Source: Podarcis bocagei
Taxonomy: Eukaryota
Length of the DNA: 64,000 bases
Direction: 5' to 3' (one strand)
NCBI GenBank assembly: GCA_964188305.1
Contig: OZ076887.1
How positions within the stretch are numbered: the stretch's first letter is position 1; each line of letters opens with the position of its first letter. The translations under genes and the position numbers were made by a program. Positions 1 to 13,369 of the stretch are shown in pieces. The notes beneath the pieces are model-generated. The model saw nothing but the letters and a program-made list of their open reading frames with translations, searched no databases and was not told where the DNA came from.

Positions 1-1014
1 GACCATCAAGCCACTTGACTTTAAGCCAGTGAAATCTCAGCCTGACCTGCTTTACACAAGAAAGCATGGGAGAAAATGGAAATGGGAGAAAATAACCCTT
101 TGTATTTTGTCCAGAGGATTTTGGAAGAAAGGTGGAACACAAATATAATGAGTAATAATAAACAGCAAACAGAATACGGTCCGCATTGTGGTATAGGACT
201 CAAATAATCATGAGTACTGTACAGTATTGAGAACAATCCACAGAGTTGCTCAGAGTTACCTTCAATAGACCTTGATACCAAAGGTATACTACCCACCATC
301 CTATCTTATATTTCAGAAACACCCACCCTCTTGTCTTTTTCTAATATGGTTTATTCCATTCTCCACCCACACCTTTTCCTTTCTGCCTAGTCCCACAGCC
401 AGTTTAGAAGAATCCTTTGTTTGTGGTGCTGTACCTGTTACCATAGTAACTAGTTATGCTTTGTCCTCAGATATTGCCCGCAGAGCCCCATCCTATGTAA
501 AGTCAGGAGTGCCTTTGAAATTAATGGGCTTGGATGTACTTAGGACTAGGCTGGTACAGAGTCAGAAGAGGGTTATTGGAAACTAGTTACATAACAAGGG
601 AGAAGAGGTCCAGTTCCATTCTTACAATAACTACCTTGTACTCTCCTGTCTGTACAAGTCCCCATCCACATAACTCTCTCCTTTCAGTACATTTGTACAG
701 TTAAATGTTTGCCTGATCATTTTAGTGAGAGAAATGGACAGGCAGCAAACCACTATGGGGTTGGAGATAATTCCTCACCCCCCCCCCTGCATTCATTACT
801 GAGCTTAGTGAAGTATTCAAAGATTTATTCACTGGGCCATCTCCTCTCCCAACTCTGTTAAAGAAGTCTGGGGTTTGTAGCAGCCAGCCAACAATGTGTA
901 CATACAAGTACATGGACACTGTGGAGGAGCTGAAACCAGCTGCTAGATTCACAAGCATCCTCATTATAAAATATACTTTCCCCCCTTTTGTTTTTCCTTT
1001 CTTAATGATTTATT

Positions 1015-1357
1015 AAAGGTAAAGATAAAGGGACCCCTGACCATTAGGTCCAGTCGTGACTGACTCTGGGGTTGCGACGCTCATCTCACTTTATTGGCCG
1101 AGGGAGCCGGTGTACAGCTTCCGTGTCATGTGGCCAGCATGACTAAGCCGCTTCTGGCGAACCAGAGTAGTGCATGGAAACGCCGTTTACCTTCCCGCCG
1201 GAGCAGTGGCTATTTATCTACTTGCACTTTGACGTGCTTTCGAACTGCTAGGTTGGCAGGAGCATGGACCAAGCAACGGGAGCTCACCCCGTCGCGGGAA
1301 TTCGAACTGCCGACCGGCAAGTCCTAGGCTCTGTGGTTTAACCCACAGTGCCACCCC
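1015..1357 (-). mobile_element. Sauria (Squam1-type) SINE
   Basis: tRNA-like head GGTGGCACTGTGGGTTAAACC on - strand and (ACCTTT)-type tail; homologous to copies at 22241 and 23362. Confidence 0.8.
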
Positions 1358-1443
1358 TTTCACCATTGCTTGCAAGGGCCTGCCATATACTGTACTTCAA
1401 TTTATCTCCACCTCCCACCTCTCAAAGTTAATAATAGACAATT

Positions 1444-1446
<3 letters not shown>

Positions 1447-1499
<53 letters not shown>
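1447..1499. repeat. (TA)n microsatellite, left flank of the Penelope palindrome
   Basis: Direct reading. Confidence 0.95.
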
Positions 1500-1501
<2 letters not shown>

Positions 1502-2601
1502 TTTCGTAGATTTTCACGGGTACAGGAATGCAGGTTTTGGTGTCTTCGGGTGTCTTCCCGTGTAAGAGTTGGGGTGTCTAGGCGACGTTTCGACGAGGTC
1601 TCACTCGTCATCTTCAGGCTGGTGCTTTCGGCTTCTTGTTACTAGAACAGAGCAGGATCTCAGTGTTTGAGTTCCTATAAATACTGTTGAGGGGGTGTGG
1701 TGTATAGCCTCCAACGTTCTGGGCAGAGAGGGAGTTCCCAGATTAGTGTGCCTTTTCTTCTTTTGTTCCTTAATTACTTGAGGGATATCTTGAGTGATTT
1801 CTTGAGTGATATTCTGAGTACCACTTAGGAGGGTCATTAGGTGTGGATTAGTTGCTAAAGCTTTCGTGTCTTGACCTCTTGAGCTTGTGAAAAGTTTTTC
1901 TGAGAAGATGGCTGTACTGCACTTAGTTGTGCTCTGGCTTGGCTTCGTGTATAGGGGCGAGCTGTGGTTTTGTGCCCTGTGCCAGCCAGATCTGTGTAGG
2001 GATTGCAGGGGGGTGCAGCATCCGGAGGTGCCAATATGGTTTGGCTACTGGATGGTGTCTGTACTTTATCTGTGGAGAGGGTCTGGGTTTGGGTCTGGTG
2101 TGGTTGATTGGAGATGGCGTTCTGTGTGTCTCTGGTTCTGGTGTCGGTTTTTGTGGGGAGGGCTAATTTCCAGATGTCTGGCAGGCGGGACGTGTCGTCA
2201 CGCTTGTTCATGTTGTGAGGGTGTTTCTCTATCTCGATGGCTTCCATGATTATTCTCTTGTGGTGATGTTCCATGTTAAAGAGCAATTTGGAATCTGCAA
2301 AATTAATTTCGTGTCCTGTTTCTTTCATGTGTTGGTAAAGAGAGGAAGTTTTTTCTTCTTTTTTGACGGCATTCTTGTGTTCTGCGATACGTGCATTTAT
2401 TCGTCTGTTTGTTTGTCCAATGTACGTGGCTGGGCAGACTTTGCAGGGTATTTCATAGACCCCTTGGTTTTCTAACTGGATTTTATCTTTTGGGTTTCTG
2501 AGGATATTGGCTATTTTTTGGTTGGTGCAAAAGGCTGTTTTGATATTGTGTTTATGGAGGATTTTGCTAATTTTATCTGTAGTGCCCTTGATATAAGGAA
2601 G
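1500..2601 (-). mobile_element. Penelope-like retroelement, 5'-truncated (GIY-YIG endonuclease end plus 3' UTR/pLTR), left arm of palindrome
   Basis: Open frame 2601->1855 reads LPYIKGTTDKISKIL...GVYEIPCKVCPATYIGQT...HMKETGH...EAIEI...NMNKRDD, a PLE GIY-YIG domain; mirror image of 2602-3662. Confidence 0.9.
1582..1619 (-). ncRNA. Minimal hammerhead ribozyme motif (PLE-type), left copy
   Basis: Reverse complement of 3571-3608. Confidence 0.7.
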
Positions 2602-3662
2602 AGGGCACTACAGATAAAATTAGCAAAATCCTCCATAAACACAATATCAAAACAGCCTTTTGCACCAACCAAAAAATAGCCAATATCCTCAGAAACCCAA
2701 AAGATAAAATCCAGTTAGAAAACCAAGGGGTCTATGAAATACCCTGCAAAGTCTGCCCAGCCACGTACATTGGACAAACAAACAGACGAATAAATGCACG
2801 TATCGCAGAACACAAGAATGCCGTCAAAAAAGAAGAAAAAACTTCCTCTCTTTACCAACACATGAAAGAAACAGGACACGAAATTAATTTTGCAGATTCC
2901 AAATTGCTCTTTAACATGGAACATCACCACAAGAGAATAATCATGGAAGCCATCGAGATAGAGAAACACCCTCACAACATGAACAAGCGTGACGACACGT
3001 CCCGCCTGCCAGACATCTGGAAATTAGCCCTCCCCACAAAAACCGACACCAGAACCAGAGACACACAGAACGCCATCTCCAATCAACCACACCAGACCCA
3101 AACCCAGACCCTCTCCACAGATAAAGTACAGACACCATCCAGTAGCCAAACCATATTGGCACCTCCGGATGCTGCACCCCCCTGCAATCCCTACACAGAT
3201 CTGGCTGGCACAGGGCACAAAACCACAGCTCGCCCCTATACACGAAGCCAAGCCAGAGCACAACTAAGTGCAGTACAGCCATCTTCTCAGAAAAACTTTT
3301 CACAAGCTCAAGAGGTCAAGACACGAAAGCTTTAGCAACTAATCCACACCTAATGACCCTCCTAAGTGGTACTCAGAATATCACTCAAGAAATCACTCAA
3401 GATATCCCTCAAGTAATTAAGGAACAAAAGAAGAAAAGGCACACTAATCTGGGAACTCCCTCTCTGCCCAGAACGTTGGAGGCTATACACCACACCCCCT
3501 CAACAGTATTTATAGGAACTCAAACACTGAGATCCTGCTCTGTTCTAGTAACAAGAAGCCGAAAGCACCAGCCTGAAGATGACGAGTGAGACCTCGTCGA
3601 AACGTCGCCTAGACACCCCAACTCTTACACGGGAAGACACCCGAAGACACCAAAACCTGCAT
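2602..3662 (+). mobile_element. Penelope-like retroelement, 5'-truncated, right arm of palindrome
   Basis: Open frame 2604-3335 (GVY..CxxC..YIG); the ORF translations in the two arms are identical; ends in (AT)n. Confidence 0.9.
3571..3608 (+). ncRNA. Minimal hammerhead ribozyme motif (PLE-type), right copy
   Basis: CTGAAGA (3573-3579), T, stem II GACGAG/CTCGTC, GAAA (3599-3602), then CGTC; ACGT palindrome in place of stem III; stem I is weak (2 bp evident). Confidence 0.7.
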
Positions 3663-3690
3663 ATATATATATATATATATATACTATATA
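3661..3690. repeat. (AT)n microsatellite, right flank of the Penelope palindrome
   Basis: Direct reading. Confidence 0.9.
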
Positions 3691-4290
3691 TGATTTTCTT
3701 TTCTCATAACAAATATCCAATATCATTGCTTAACATTCATTTTCCAGTTTCCCCCCTCCCTGTTGACTTTCCCCAAATTCCATTTCTGGTTTATTACAGC
3801 AAATGTTACATTCTGCTGTTTGTACATAATATTATGTTGTCACCTGCTATATTTCTTGTTCTCTGTAAATAAAGTTGAAAATGTTTATTTAAATTCTGCC
3901 AACGAGTCCATTTTTGTTGTTGTTACTGCAAATAAGTTGTAAAAGGTTCTCATTCCTTTTCAAAGTCACTATTGTCCTTTTCACACAGTTTATCCGTTAA
4001 CTTTGCTAACTCTGCATAGTTCATCAGCTTTTCTTGCCACTGTTCTTTTGATGGTACTTCTCCAGTCTTCCAATTTTGTGTTATTAAGATTCTTGCGGCT
4101 GTTGTAGCATAAATAAATAATGTCTGTTTTTCATCTGGCAAGTCTTGTCCTAAAAAACCTAACAGAAAAGCTTCTGCTTTTTTAACAGAACTTGTTTCAA
4201 ACATTTTTTAATTTTTTTTTTCCAATTCATTGTATATCATTTCCCAATTTTTTAAATGATCTTGCAATTTTACATGTGGTAAAATGTACA
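3691..4290 (-). mobile_element. L1-clade LINE 3' fragment (ORF2 C-terminus plus 3' UTR)
   Basis: ORF 3950-4204 (-) EAFLLG...YATTAARILITQNWK...W..KL..YAELAKLT resembles reptile L1 ORF2 C-termini; boundaries approximate. Confidence 0.65.
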
Positions 4291-5749
4291 ATTCTTTGCC
4301 CAATGCAGACGCCCTTCACAGTAAGAACAGTTGAACAGTAAGATGAGTATTAGCAAAATGCATGCTTAGAGGTCACTTCAGGATTTTGGAGACAAAGCAG
4401 GGAGGTTCCAGCAGTTTATAGCAGAAGCCCTAGAAAATTAGTATTCTGATGAGGAGCCTCTGCTTGGAATTTCAGATTTTGTTGCAAGTGGTTCATAGAC
4501 CTCAGGAGGCTAATTTGCTGAATGGGTGCTGTACTTGCACGACTCCGTTGGCAATCTTATACATACTTACCTATGAGTGTCCTATTGAACTCAATTATAC
4601 TTACTTCTGAATAGGTATGCATAGGACTGAATAGGCACACATACCTAATTTCCAAGTCAGATTGCAGTATTGCTCAGTTTGTTATTGCAGGTGATTTTAG
4701 TGTCATTTGAAACAACCCCCTGAATTACTTTATTCTGTCAGAATTACATTCATGTGGGTTCTCCTGAAGGATGCTCCTGACATGTGATTATGAAAGAGCT
4801 GGTCCTGGTTTGGTAATCTTCCCCCAGGGCAATGGGCAAGGCTATGTAGATCCTTTTGGTTGTTCAGAGACCCTTCTTCAGAAAACTTTTCAGGCTGTAG
4901 ACAAAAATTACTTGATGGGAAACGATGCAGGCAGAAGTTTATTATTGCATTTCAAAAGACTAACCTGTGTATTGTGGCAGGATATATTGTGGACTAGTCT
5001 TCTTGATCAATAGCATGAAATGTTATCCCCAGTTTGCAGGAAAGAAATAGGTTAGCTAGCCAGTATTGATACTTCATTGGTTTACTCTGGTCTTTTGACA
5101 TTCCCTGATATTTTAATACCAGATGTTATTGATCCTTCGATTGAGCAGTTATCTAATTTTTATATTATTGTTGGGTTCAGTGTGTTTTAAATTATAATTA
5201 TATTTACATTATATTTATATTAAATTATAATTATATAATTATAAATTATAATTAAATTACAGTTATAATGTATACTGCCTTGGTCATGTTTTGTTTAAGG
5301 ACAGCATATAACTGTTTAAATAAATGAATGAATAAATTAAAGCGCGCTGCAAATTCAACAAAGTGATCCAGCTGTTTACTTGGACATACGTTCCACACCA
5401 CTTCCAAGTAAACACACTTCAGTATTATTCCCAAGCGTGCAGAGGATTGCAGCCTGATGCTGTAGCCTTACAATGCAATCCTATGCCTCCTAATACGAAG
5501 CAAGCACCATTGAGTTCAATAGGACTTAACATGAGGTAAGCAGGATTGCGCCCTTAAGCCCTCTCACCGAAGGAGTACCTGATTCATTTAGACTTAACTA
5601 GCTTATTAAATATTGCGCTGCAGAAGTAATGCGTGACATGTAGAGCCGCCATAAATAAAAAAGCATTTATTATTGAATATATCACCACCTTAACTAAAAC
5701 ACAAAAAAAATCATTTAAATGTGTTGACAAGCCTACAGTTTGCCTCAAG

Positions 5750-6420
5750 ACTCGCCCCGCCCGATTCCACCCATAGCAAAACTTGTTTTTTCTTCTTCGT
5801 GTTTTATTTCCTAAGGTCGCCGCCTACCTTTCCCCATCCTCCACTTTCCCCGCTGTCATGGTAACCCTCCCAACGCCCGGCGCGCTCTCTCCCTCTCTCA
5901 AAATCATCCCACCCGCTCCTTCGCTCTCGGTTTGATGATGATGCAAGCGCGCCGGTACGTGGGGATTCCGCCGGATTACCCGGCATGCCCCGCGGCAAAA
6001 TGGCGGCCTGAGCCGAGCGCGCGGGTCCCGGCTGAGAGGGGCGGGGGGCAAAGTTTTGCGGCGGGCAAAGGGCGCTTTCCAACCGGCTCGGAACCGGCCT
6101 CAAAGTTACGGGGGTTCCCCCAGGGAAGCCGGAGCGCGGGGTTGGGCCCCGGTAGGTGGAGGCGCGGATCCGAAGCGGGGAGCCTGTTGCTGAGATCCGG
6201 AGCCCCTCGGTGGGACCACGGGGCGCCCGTGGTTGGGGCCGGGTCGCCAGCCGCCTCTTGGCCCTGGGCTGATGCGGGGTCGTCCGTAGGCAGCAGCAGC
6301 AGCGGGTACCGGCGGGCGGGGCTGACCTGCATCCTCCGTCGGGATCGCGGCTGAGTTGCAGGGAGTGGGCAAGCCGGCTAGGTCTGGGGGTGAAGCGGAG
6401 CGGTGGGCTCTCTTGGGGCT
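5750..6420 (+). promoter_or_regulatory. TJAP1: CpG-island promoter and probable non-coding exon 1 of TJAP1
   Basis: GC/CpG-rich island in an AT-rich background; GC boxes (~5755, ~6039); YY1 motif CAAAATGGCGGC 5996-6007; candidate donor G|GTAGGT at 6152. Confidence 0.7.
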
Positions 6421-9400
6421 GAAAGTTTGATATAAGTGAGCCACGGGGGAGCTGGCTTTTGGGGGACAATTGGAGCAGGAGTTGGGGGAATTGAGAATGG
6501 ATATTAATAGGTGCGGATTTAAGAATTGATTTAGATCTACTCTTGGGGCAGTAATTTCTTGCCCGTACTGTGTGCACAACAGAGGGGGGAATAAGTAAGA
6601 CTGAAACTTACTGCTGGAGGAGAAATCGCCTGCCTGAGGGACAAAGGATGGAAACAGTGGAGATTAGTACATAGTACTAAAAGGAGCTGCTGGAGCAGGT
6701 GAGAGTGAAATTCATGTAGTGTAATTTAACTTTACAGTATCTTTATTCCCATTATTTGTGATGATAAAACTTGTTTCTGCTGTACTTATAGGAATTGGAA
6801 ATCTTCAGTGAAAACAGCTCCAGACTGAGAGTTATTCTAGGTTATTTATGTTTATTTATGGTTATTTGTTTTGAAGATTTATATCCAGCCTTTAAATCTA
6901 ATGAGTCTCAAGACGGGTTACAAGAAACAGGTGACAGTGTATAGTCTCATGGATGCTGGCATAAGTGATTGATTGTGAACAAGAAGTCTAGCTAAGGAAG
7001 GTAGTAAGATACAGTATGTGAAATAAAAGGGAAAGATGATATTATTTGACATTTCAGTGATAGGCAAGAGTGAATGGACAAAGTATTGAATGGCCATGAC
7101 CTGAGAGAAGCTGGAGCAAGTGAGAGGCTTCTCCGTAGTTGTTTGTGACTCTCAGCACTGCACATCTGTCTTGCAGAATTGCATTTGTTGTGGATACAGA
7201 TTTAAGTGAAGTAATGAAAGAGGAAATTTGTGGCTTTAGACTGTGTCATCTGCGCTGACACAGCTTTGTCTGCCAGTTGGACCAGCAGGGCTCATAAATA
7301 AGAGTTTGTGGTTTTTCTTGGCATATAAACAGGATTAAATTAAATATGCACAATTTGTGGATACAGTAGAAATGGATTTGGTTTCTGAAATGGATTAGTG
7401 TTGTCCACGTACACACAAATTTAGCTGAAATCTCTTTGTTTTCCAAAAAATAAATTGATTGCTGTATAACAGAACCACAAGGCTGTCAAGCAAAATGGAC
7501 ACAGTCTACCAAGATCTGCGAGAGGAGTTAAAATGATCATTTGTATAAGTAATGTAATTTGCTTGTTTTCACCAAAAGGATGGGAAACTACCCAACTAAT
7601 CTGTATCAAGAAGCTGTTATACCCCTGGCATCTAGGTACCGTTGGTGAGCACCAATGACTCACATAATCCCTGGTCATTGTAGCTGTGTCTAATGGGAGA
7701 TGGAGGCCAACAAAATCTAGAGGACCATAGGTTAGTATATACTGATCTAAATGCTAGAATGGAAAGATCTCTGCCAGCTGCTTCATTTTGAAGAGGAAAA
7801 AAGTGACACTTCCGCTTACAATTCAGCTATGAGAAAATATCCCAAACAAACCAAATTCAAGAATAATGTGAGGGAAAGTACGTTAGAGGGGATTAGTATT
7901 AGTATCCATTTCTCATCACTATACAGGAGATAGAAGTAAACTAGGATGGAGTTGTACCAGAGAAGGCTTGACCTAGAGTCTTCCTTGCCTTGAGAAGAAT
8001 AGGAAGTTGAATGTAAGCACTGAATTGCCTTTCCTTGAGGAGACATTCTAGCACTGGAATATAGAAAGCAGTACATTCCAAGGGTAGTGTTCTTCCTCTT
8101 TCCCCCTCCCCTGCCAGCAACCCTGCTAATTGCAGAACCTCTATGATCCATCACCCAAATACACCGTTAGTGGAGACAAACAAGCCTGTCTTACAATGCC
8201 TCATAAAAGTATACCCAGAGACCTACGTGACCATGGTGTGGAAGTCACAGGTCCCTTTTACCGAATGATACAGGAAGTCACTCAGCACTTGGAGGACACT
8301 GGATTTCTAGGTCAAAGAAATGATTTCCCTAAGCCAGGGATACTATGAAGACCACCTTGCTTGGAACAGATTTCTTGAATGAAACAAAAAGGGGTTATGT
8401 GTTGCATTAGGGGCTGCCTATGCATTTCCTGAATGTCCTGCATAAGCCTAACATGTGCTTCTCTTCCAGGGAGTAGAAGATGTGGGATGAAAGGAATATG
8501 GGAGGCTGCTTTATGCAGAGTCCGATAATTGGCCTGCCTAGCTCATTATTGACTACAGTGAGTGGCATTGCCTCTCCAGGGTTACTTTTAAATGCCAGGG
8601 ATTGAACTCAAGACTGCCTGCCTGCAATTTGCAAAGCATGTTCTCTATCAATGATCAGTCTTAAAAATCATAAAATGTAGCAAAATCTGTTATACTTTTC
8701 CCACTTAGGGGAGAGTATAAAGGGATTGAGATGGATAATGTGGCAGTCAAAGGCTATGTGAATAGGCAAGGAAGAGAGAAACTGGTCCCTCTCCTGCAAA
8801 TAGCCCTCTTGATTTTCTCTGGCAAGAACGTCTGAAAGGTATATTTGTGGCCATCATGTCTAACTTATTAGCTTGCAGAGCACCTGGCTAGTTACTATAG
8901 ATTGCTAGATTAGGCTGATGTTGGTTTGCTTCAGCAAGGAAATTCTTATGAAAGAAGTCTAATCCGTATGGGTAATTCCTAGATAGCTTCGGCCAGTGCT
9001 TTTCTTCTGGGGGTACACATACCCCTAAACATTTTGTGAATCTAAATATGGCTTCATTGAGGGGCAGTATTTCAATATGAGTAGAAAAATGAGAATACCC
9101 CTAAGCATTTTTTTTTTTGGGGGGGGAAGCATTGACTTCAGCTGATACTTTGCAAATCAGGAGTGGGGAACCTCCAGCCCCTGCACCAAACGTGGTCTGA
9201 CAGGTTCAAATTTGGTCTGCAAGACTATTTCCCCCAAATCTTGTCCAACTAACATAATATGTGCCATCAGGTGTGTGGCAGGTAGTGATGTGGCTGCCTG
9301 TGCACAATTGAGAGCCTTAAAGTATGCTCCTAATTGTGCACTGGCAAGGGAAAGCAGCCATTGGCTCTACCACCCATCAGTGGCTCAGCAGTAGAGTTGG

Positions 9401-10539
9401 AACTTGATGGATTGACTGTATATGATTCTTTGATGTCTGACTTTGGGACTTCAAAGCACCCAGTCACCTGATATTGTGATTGACAGGTGCGGAGCCCTCC
9501 CAAATTTGGCCTGGTAGGCTTGATCCAGGATCTGGCCACAGAGCTCATACCTGCTTTAAATAATCGCTGTAAGGAAGACTTTCTCAAAATGCCTTATTAA
9601 AATAGTTCTTAAGAGCTATGAGGAAGTGACAAAGGTGAATACACAGCAACCTTTATTTTTAAGTCCATTCTTTTATATAAAATTTTTGTAAGCCATATCC
9701 ATTTTATATGAATTTTGGCTAATTGCCTATTTAGTGCTCAAAGTAAACTGCATGTAAACACAATGGCAATCAACGGGTCACAAATCTGGATATTTTAGAG
9801 GCGTGAGTTGCACAACTAAGGGTATACCTGTTGCCTAGCCCTAAGTGTTGTTTTTGCACTAAAGACTCCTGCCAGGCTTGGATATAGTTGTGTCTGATCT
9901 TCAGGAACACTGAGCACACTTTTTCTTAGTCACTGCTCGGAGAATAAAAGTATGTGGAATTTGGTCCCTCCACGTCGCAGGCCCATAGTGAACTTTAGTC
10001 AGAATGATACGGGAAACTGTGCTGCCTTGTGGGAAGGAGATCATAAGACTATTCTAGCTTGATCTCATGCCTCCTTCATCCTATTCATACTGATGTCTTT
10101 GACCCATTATGCACCGAAGACCTGCTCATAATTCAGGATTGTCTCTTGTGCTGTCCCTGGTTGGAAGAGCTGCTGATTGATTCAGAAGCTAATAAAGGAG
10201 GAACTCTGGTAAGCAGGACTGTCTGACGTTCTTAATATGGGTTCTCTGAAGCCTGCTGGAGAAAGCATATTAAGTGTCGAGTCTTCTGATTTCCATTTAA
10301 TGTGAGGAAGATCAGCCCCCTCTCAGTTCAAAGGATCTCTTGGAGGGATTCATAGTGGGCTCCTTTCTTCCCCACTTTAGCCACTTCCCTGCTTTACCCC
10401 CTGTACAAGACTTGTTGGAAAAACATCATGTCGTTTCCTGCCTGTGCAGGAAATCCATTGGTGTCTTTCTCAGGGAAGGGGTTGGCCTGCATCCACTACA
10501 GTTCCTTGAATTATGAGGTAGGCATGTGAAGTCCACGTG

Positions 10540-10801
10540 AGAGAGCCAGTGTGGTGTAGTGGTTAAGAGCGGTAGACTCGTAATCTGGTGAACCGGGTTC
10601 GTCTCTCCACTCCTCCACATGCAGCTGCTGGGTGACCTTAGGCTAGTCACACTTCTTTGAAGTCTCTCAGCCCCACTCACCTCACAGAGTGTTTGTTGTG
10701 GGGGAGGAAGGGAAAGGAGATTGTTAACCGCTTTGAGACTCCTTAAGGGGAGTGATAAAGTGGGATATCAAATCCAAACTCTTCTTCTTCTTCTTCTTCT
10801 T
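10540..10801 (+). mobile_element. tRNA-derived SINE (Squam3-like) with (CTT)n tail
   Basis: A box TGGTGTAGTGG, B box GGGTTCG, CORE-like TGGGTGACCTT, L2-like tail, CTT repeats. Confidence 0.75.
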
Positions 10802-13369
10802 GGGACAGGTGTCCTTTCCCTCCCACATGTTGACTTCTGGTCAAAGGTGGAACTGGTCTGTTGGCTGATTCTCTTCAATTGAAGCCACCTGGTAACTGAG
10901 GGCCCTCCATTGCCAGGTCTCCATTGTTGTATGAGGGAAGCATGTGTTAAACAGTCAGCCTTTGGTCTTCAGGAAGTTTTAACAATAGTTTGCCTTTGTA
11001 TCCCAAGTTTCCCCAGGTATGGAGGAATCACTTACCCTTACCCAAGTCCTGTTGGGGCACCCTCCCAATTCTCACACAGTATACCCACTTGAATATTATA
11101 TGGAATGATATGCTAAACTGTGCATCTCACTTTGCACACCGTTTCTGGCAAGTTCTCTAAAGTCAGTAGTGTGTGTGCCTGCCTTGCTTCCTGTACTGCC
11201 TTTTCAAATTGTTTGCTTACAGTTGTTTTTGCATGGGAGTAGAGTAATCAACATATCCTGAAATGCAGGGAAAATGAAATCTTTGGTAAAATTGGCCAGA
11301 AAGAGTAAACAAAGTGGTTATGCTTATGATACTGTTGCAGATTTTAAGTATTGGGGAGAGTCTATAATTGTATACTGTATATGTTGTTGCCACAATTCAT
11401 TTTCAGTGGCTTGAGTTTGGGGGGTATATAGCTCTTGTAAAATAGTTTACCTTAGACCCCCTTTTCCCACAGTGCTTTTAATTTAGGCCTGGGAAATAGT
11501 GGATAAATATTAGTAATTTTTTTTCAGGGTCGAGGACTTAGTAGTTCAAGTTAAATCAGAACTGCAGTATAGCCAAAAGAAGAGGGATTTTGGAGCTGGA
11601 AAAGGATTTTAGGTTATTTGAAGCTTCCATGCATAGTTCTTGCGAAACTTCGTTAGGAATTATGTGCATGCAAGAGCAGAGTTAAGTCTTTAGTCTATAT
11701 AGTATATAAATCTGTCTGGGGATCAAAAAATAAACATCTCGGTTTAGCTAGTTTGAAGAGGTTGAAGAGAAAAGCAGCCATTTTCCTTGGGACATGACCT
11801 GTGACTGGTTCACTTCAGCACCAGGTTGGAGCTTTGATTTGACTAACTGGGATGGTAACTTAATGCAGTGTTAATGATCGTTTCAATGCCCAGGGATCAA
11901 CAGAGTCAGACTTTTGCTTCCAGCAAGGTCAACATCTTATGCCTGAGGCTGCTTTATCATAGCCAAGCTATAAAGTTGGATTCACAGACACCTGCTGCAG
12001 GAATTGCCATTGGGAGTTCTGGCTTGCGTGTTTTAATGTTTCAGTTCTAAGCTTTCTTTAATGTGCTTTTGTTTCTCAAAAGGATTAGATCAAACATACA
12101 TTTTCACTGGGTTTCTTTTAAATGTTCAAGTGAGCACAGCCTACTACTCCCCCCACCCCCATGTCCTTTAATTTAACCAATATATATGTTTTACATCCCT
12201 AGTTCAAACAGTAGTTGTGCCTTAATTTTGGCTGTTCCTGAACCTGAGTTATGTTTTTTTTTTTAATTATTATGATTATTTTGTGATATAGTTCCCTCCC
12301 CTGAATCTTAATTTTCTTTTTTCTTTATAAATAAATACTATCAGCTTGAAATCAAATTCTTTCAAGGAAGAGGCAGGAAGTACTCAGTGGCACTTGGTAA
12401 TTTGAGAGGGCTTCTTTTGAGCGCTGGTTTAAAATTGCATTCATATCACACTATTGTTTTTGTCTCTATTTCCTTATTTTCACCTTTAAGTAGACATGGT
12501 TAGGCTTGCAGCCTTCATCCTTCTAATGAAAGCATGTAATACTTGTTCATTAATATGCCTTCAAATGTGGTGATGGCAGTGATTTCCAGGACATGGATTT
12601 TTAAGTTGTTGCAACTTAAAGGGCACATAATTTTAAAACGGTCTGTTCGTGATTATTCAAAATAGCAGTCTTTAAAGGTCAAAAGAGTTCGCACACACAT
12701 TTACATATTTACCTGCTGCCTCGCAGGACATCTTTGGGAGGAAAAAAGGCTAAGGAGTAAACCCTATACAAATTCGGAGTGGAGTTCCTAAGTGTTGGAT
12801 GGCACATTGTTCTCCTCCTTTTGGCAACTCCTGTAGCCAAACTGGTGCTAAACATATTGCTCTGCTTTCCTTTGGACCACGTCAGTGAGGGGGTTCTTTT
12901 CATCTGGGCAACCCAGGACCTCTATACACGCTGCCAAGGCTTGTGGCTCAGAGAGAGTTCACTTTGGTGCTGCTAATGCAATAAAACCAACGTGGGAGGC
13001 AGCAGTTACCAGTCTCTGCAGCCACAGCAGCTGCTGTGATTCTACAATGATTTGTAGTCCATCGTCTCAAGACAGACAGATGTCAACAACAACAAAATTT
13101 GGATTTATTTGTAATTATATATTAGTTTGTAAAGAGTTGGTAACTACAATCTTTAGAAATAACTAGTTGTTGAAATATTGAAGTACCTTGATCCGGAAAC
13201 GCATCATTTAAAAATACCCACTATAAAACCAGAACACAGTTTGTACTGTTAAGACATTTAGCATTTGTTTTAAAATAGGTATACAGTGTTTTTACTTTTG
13301 GCTAGTGTATGGTGGCAGCTGTAGAATTTCTACACACCTTGTATTGATATTGAACAATTTTCAGTCTTG

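Noticed and set aside
1-960. Possible degraded coding or TE sequence
   Set aside because: No recognisable motif or consistent frame could be identified by eye
5804-6579. Several long ORFs (up to 257 aa)
   Set aside because: Stop-poor CpG island giving low-complexity Pro/Arg/Ala translations
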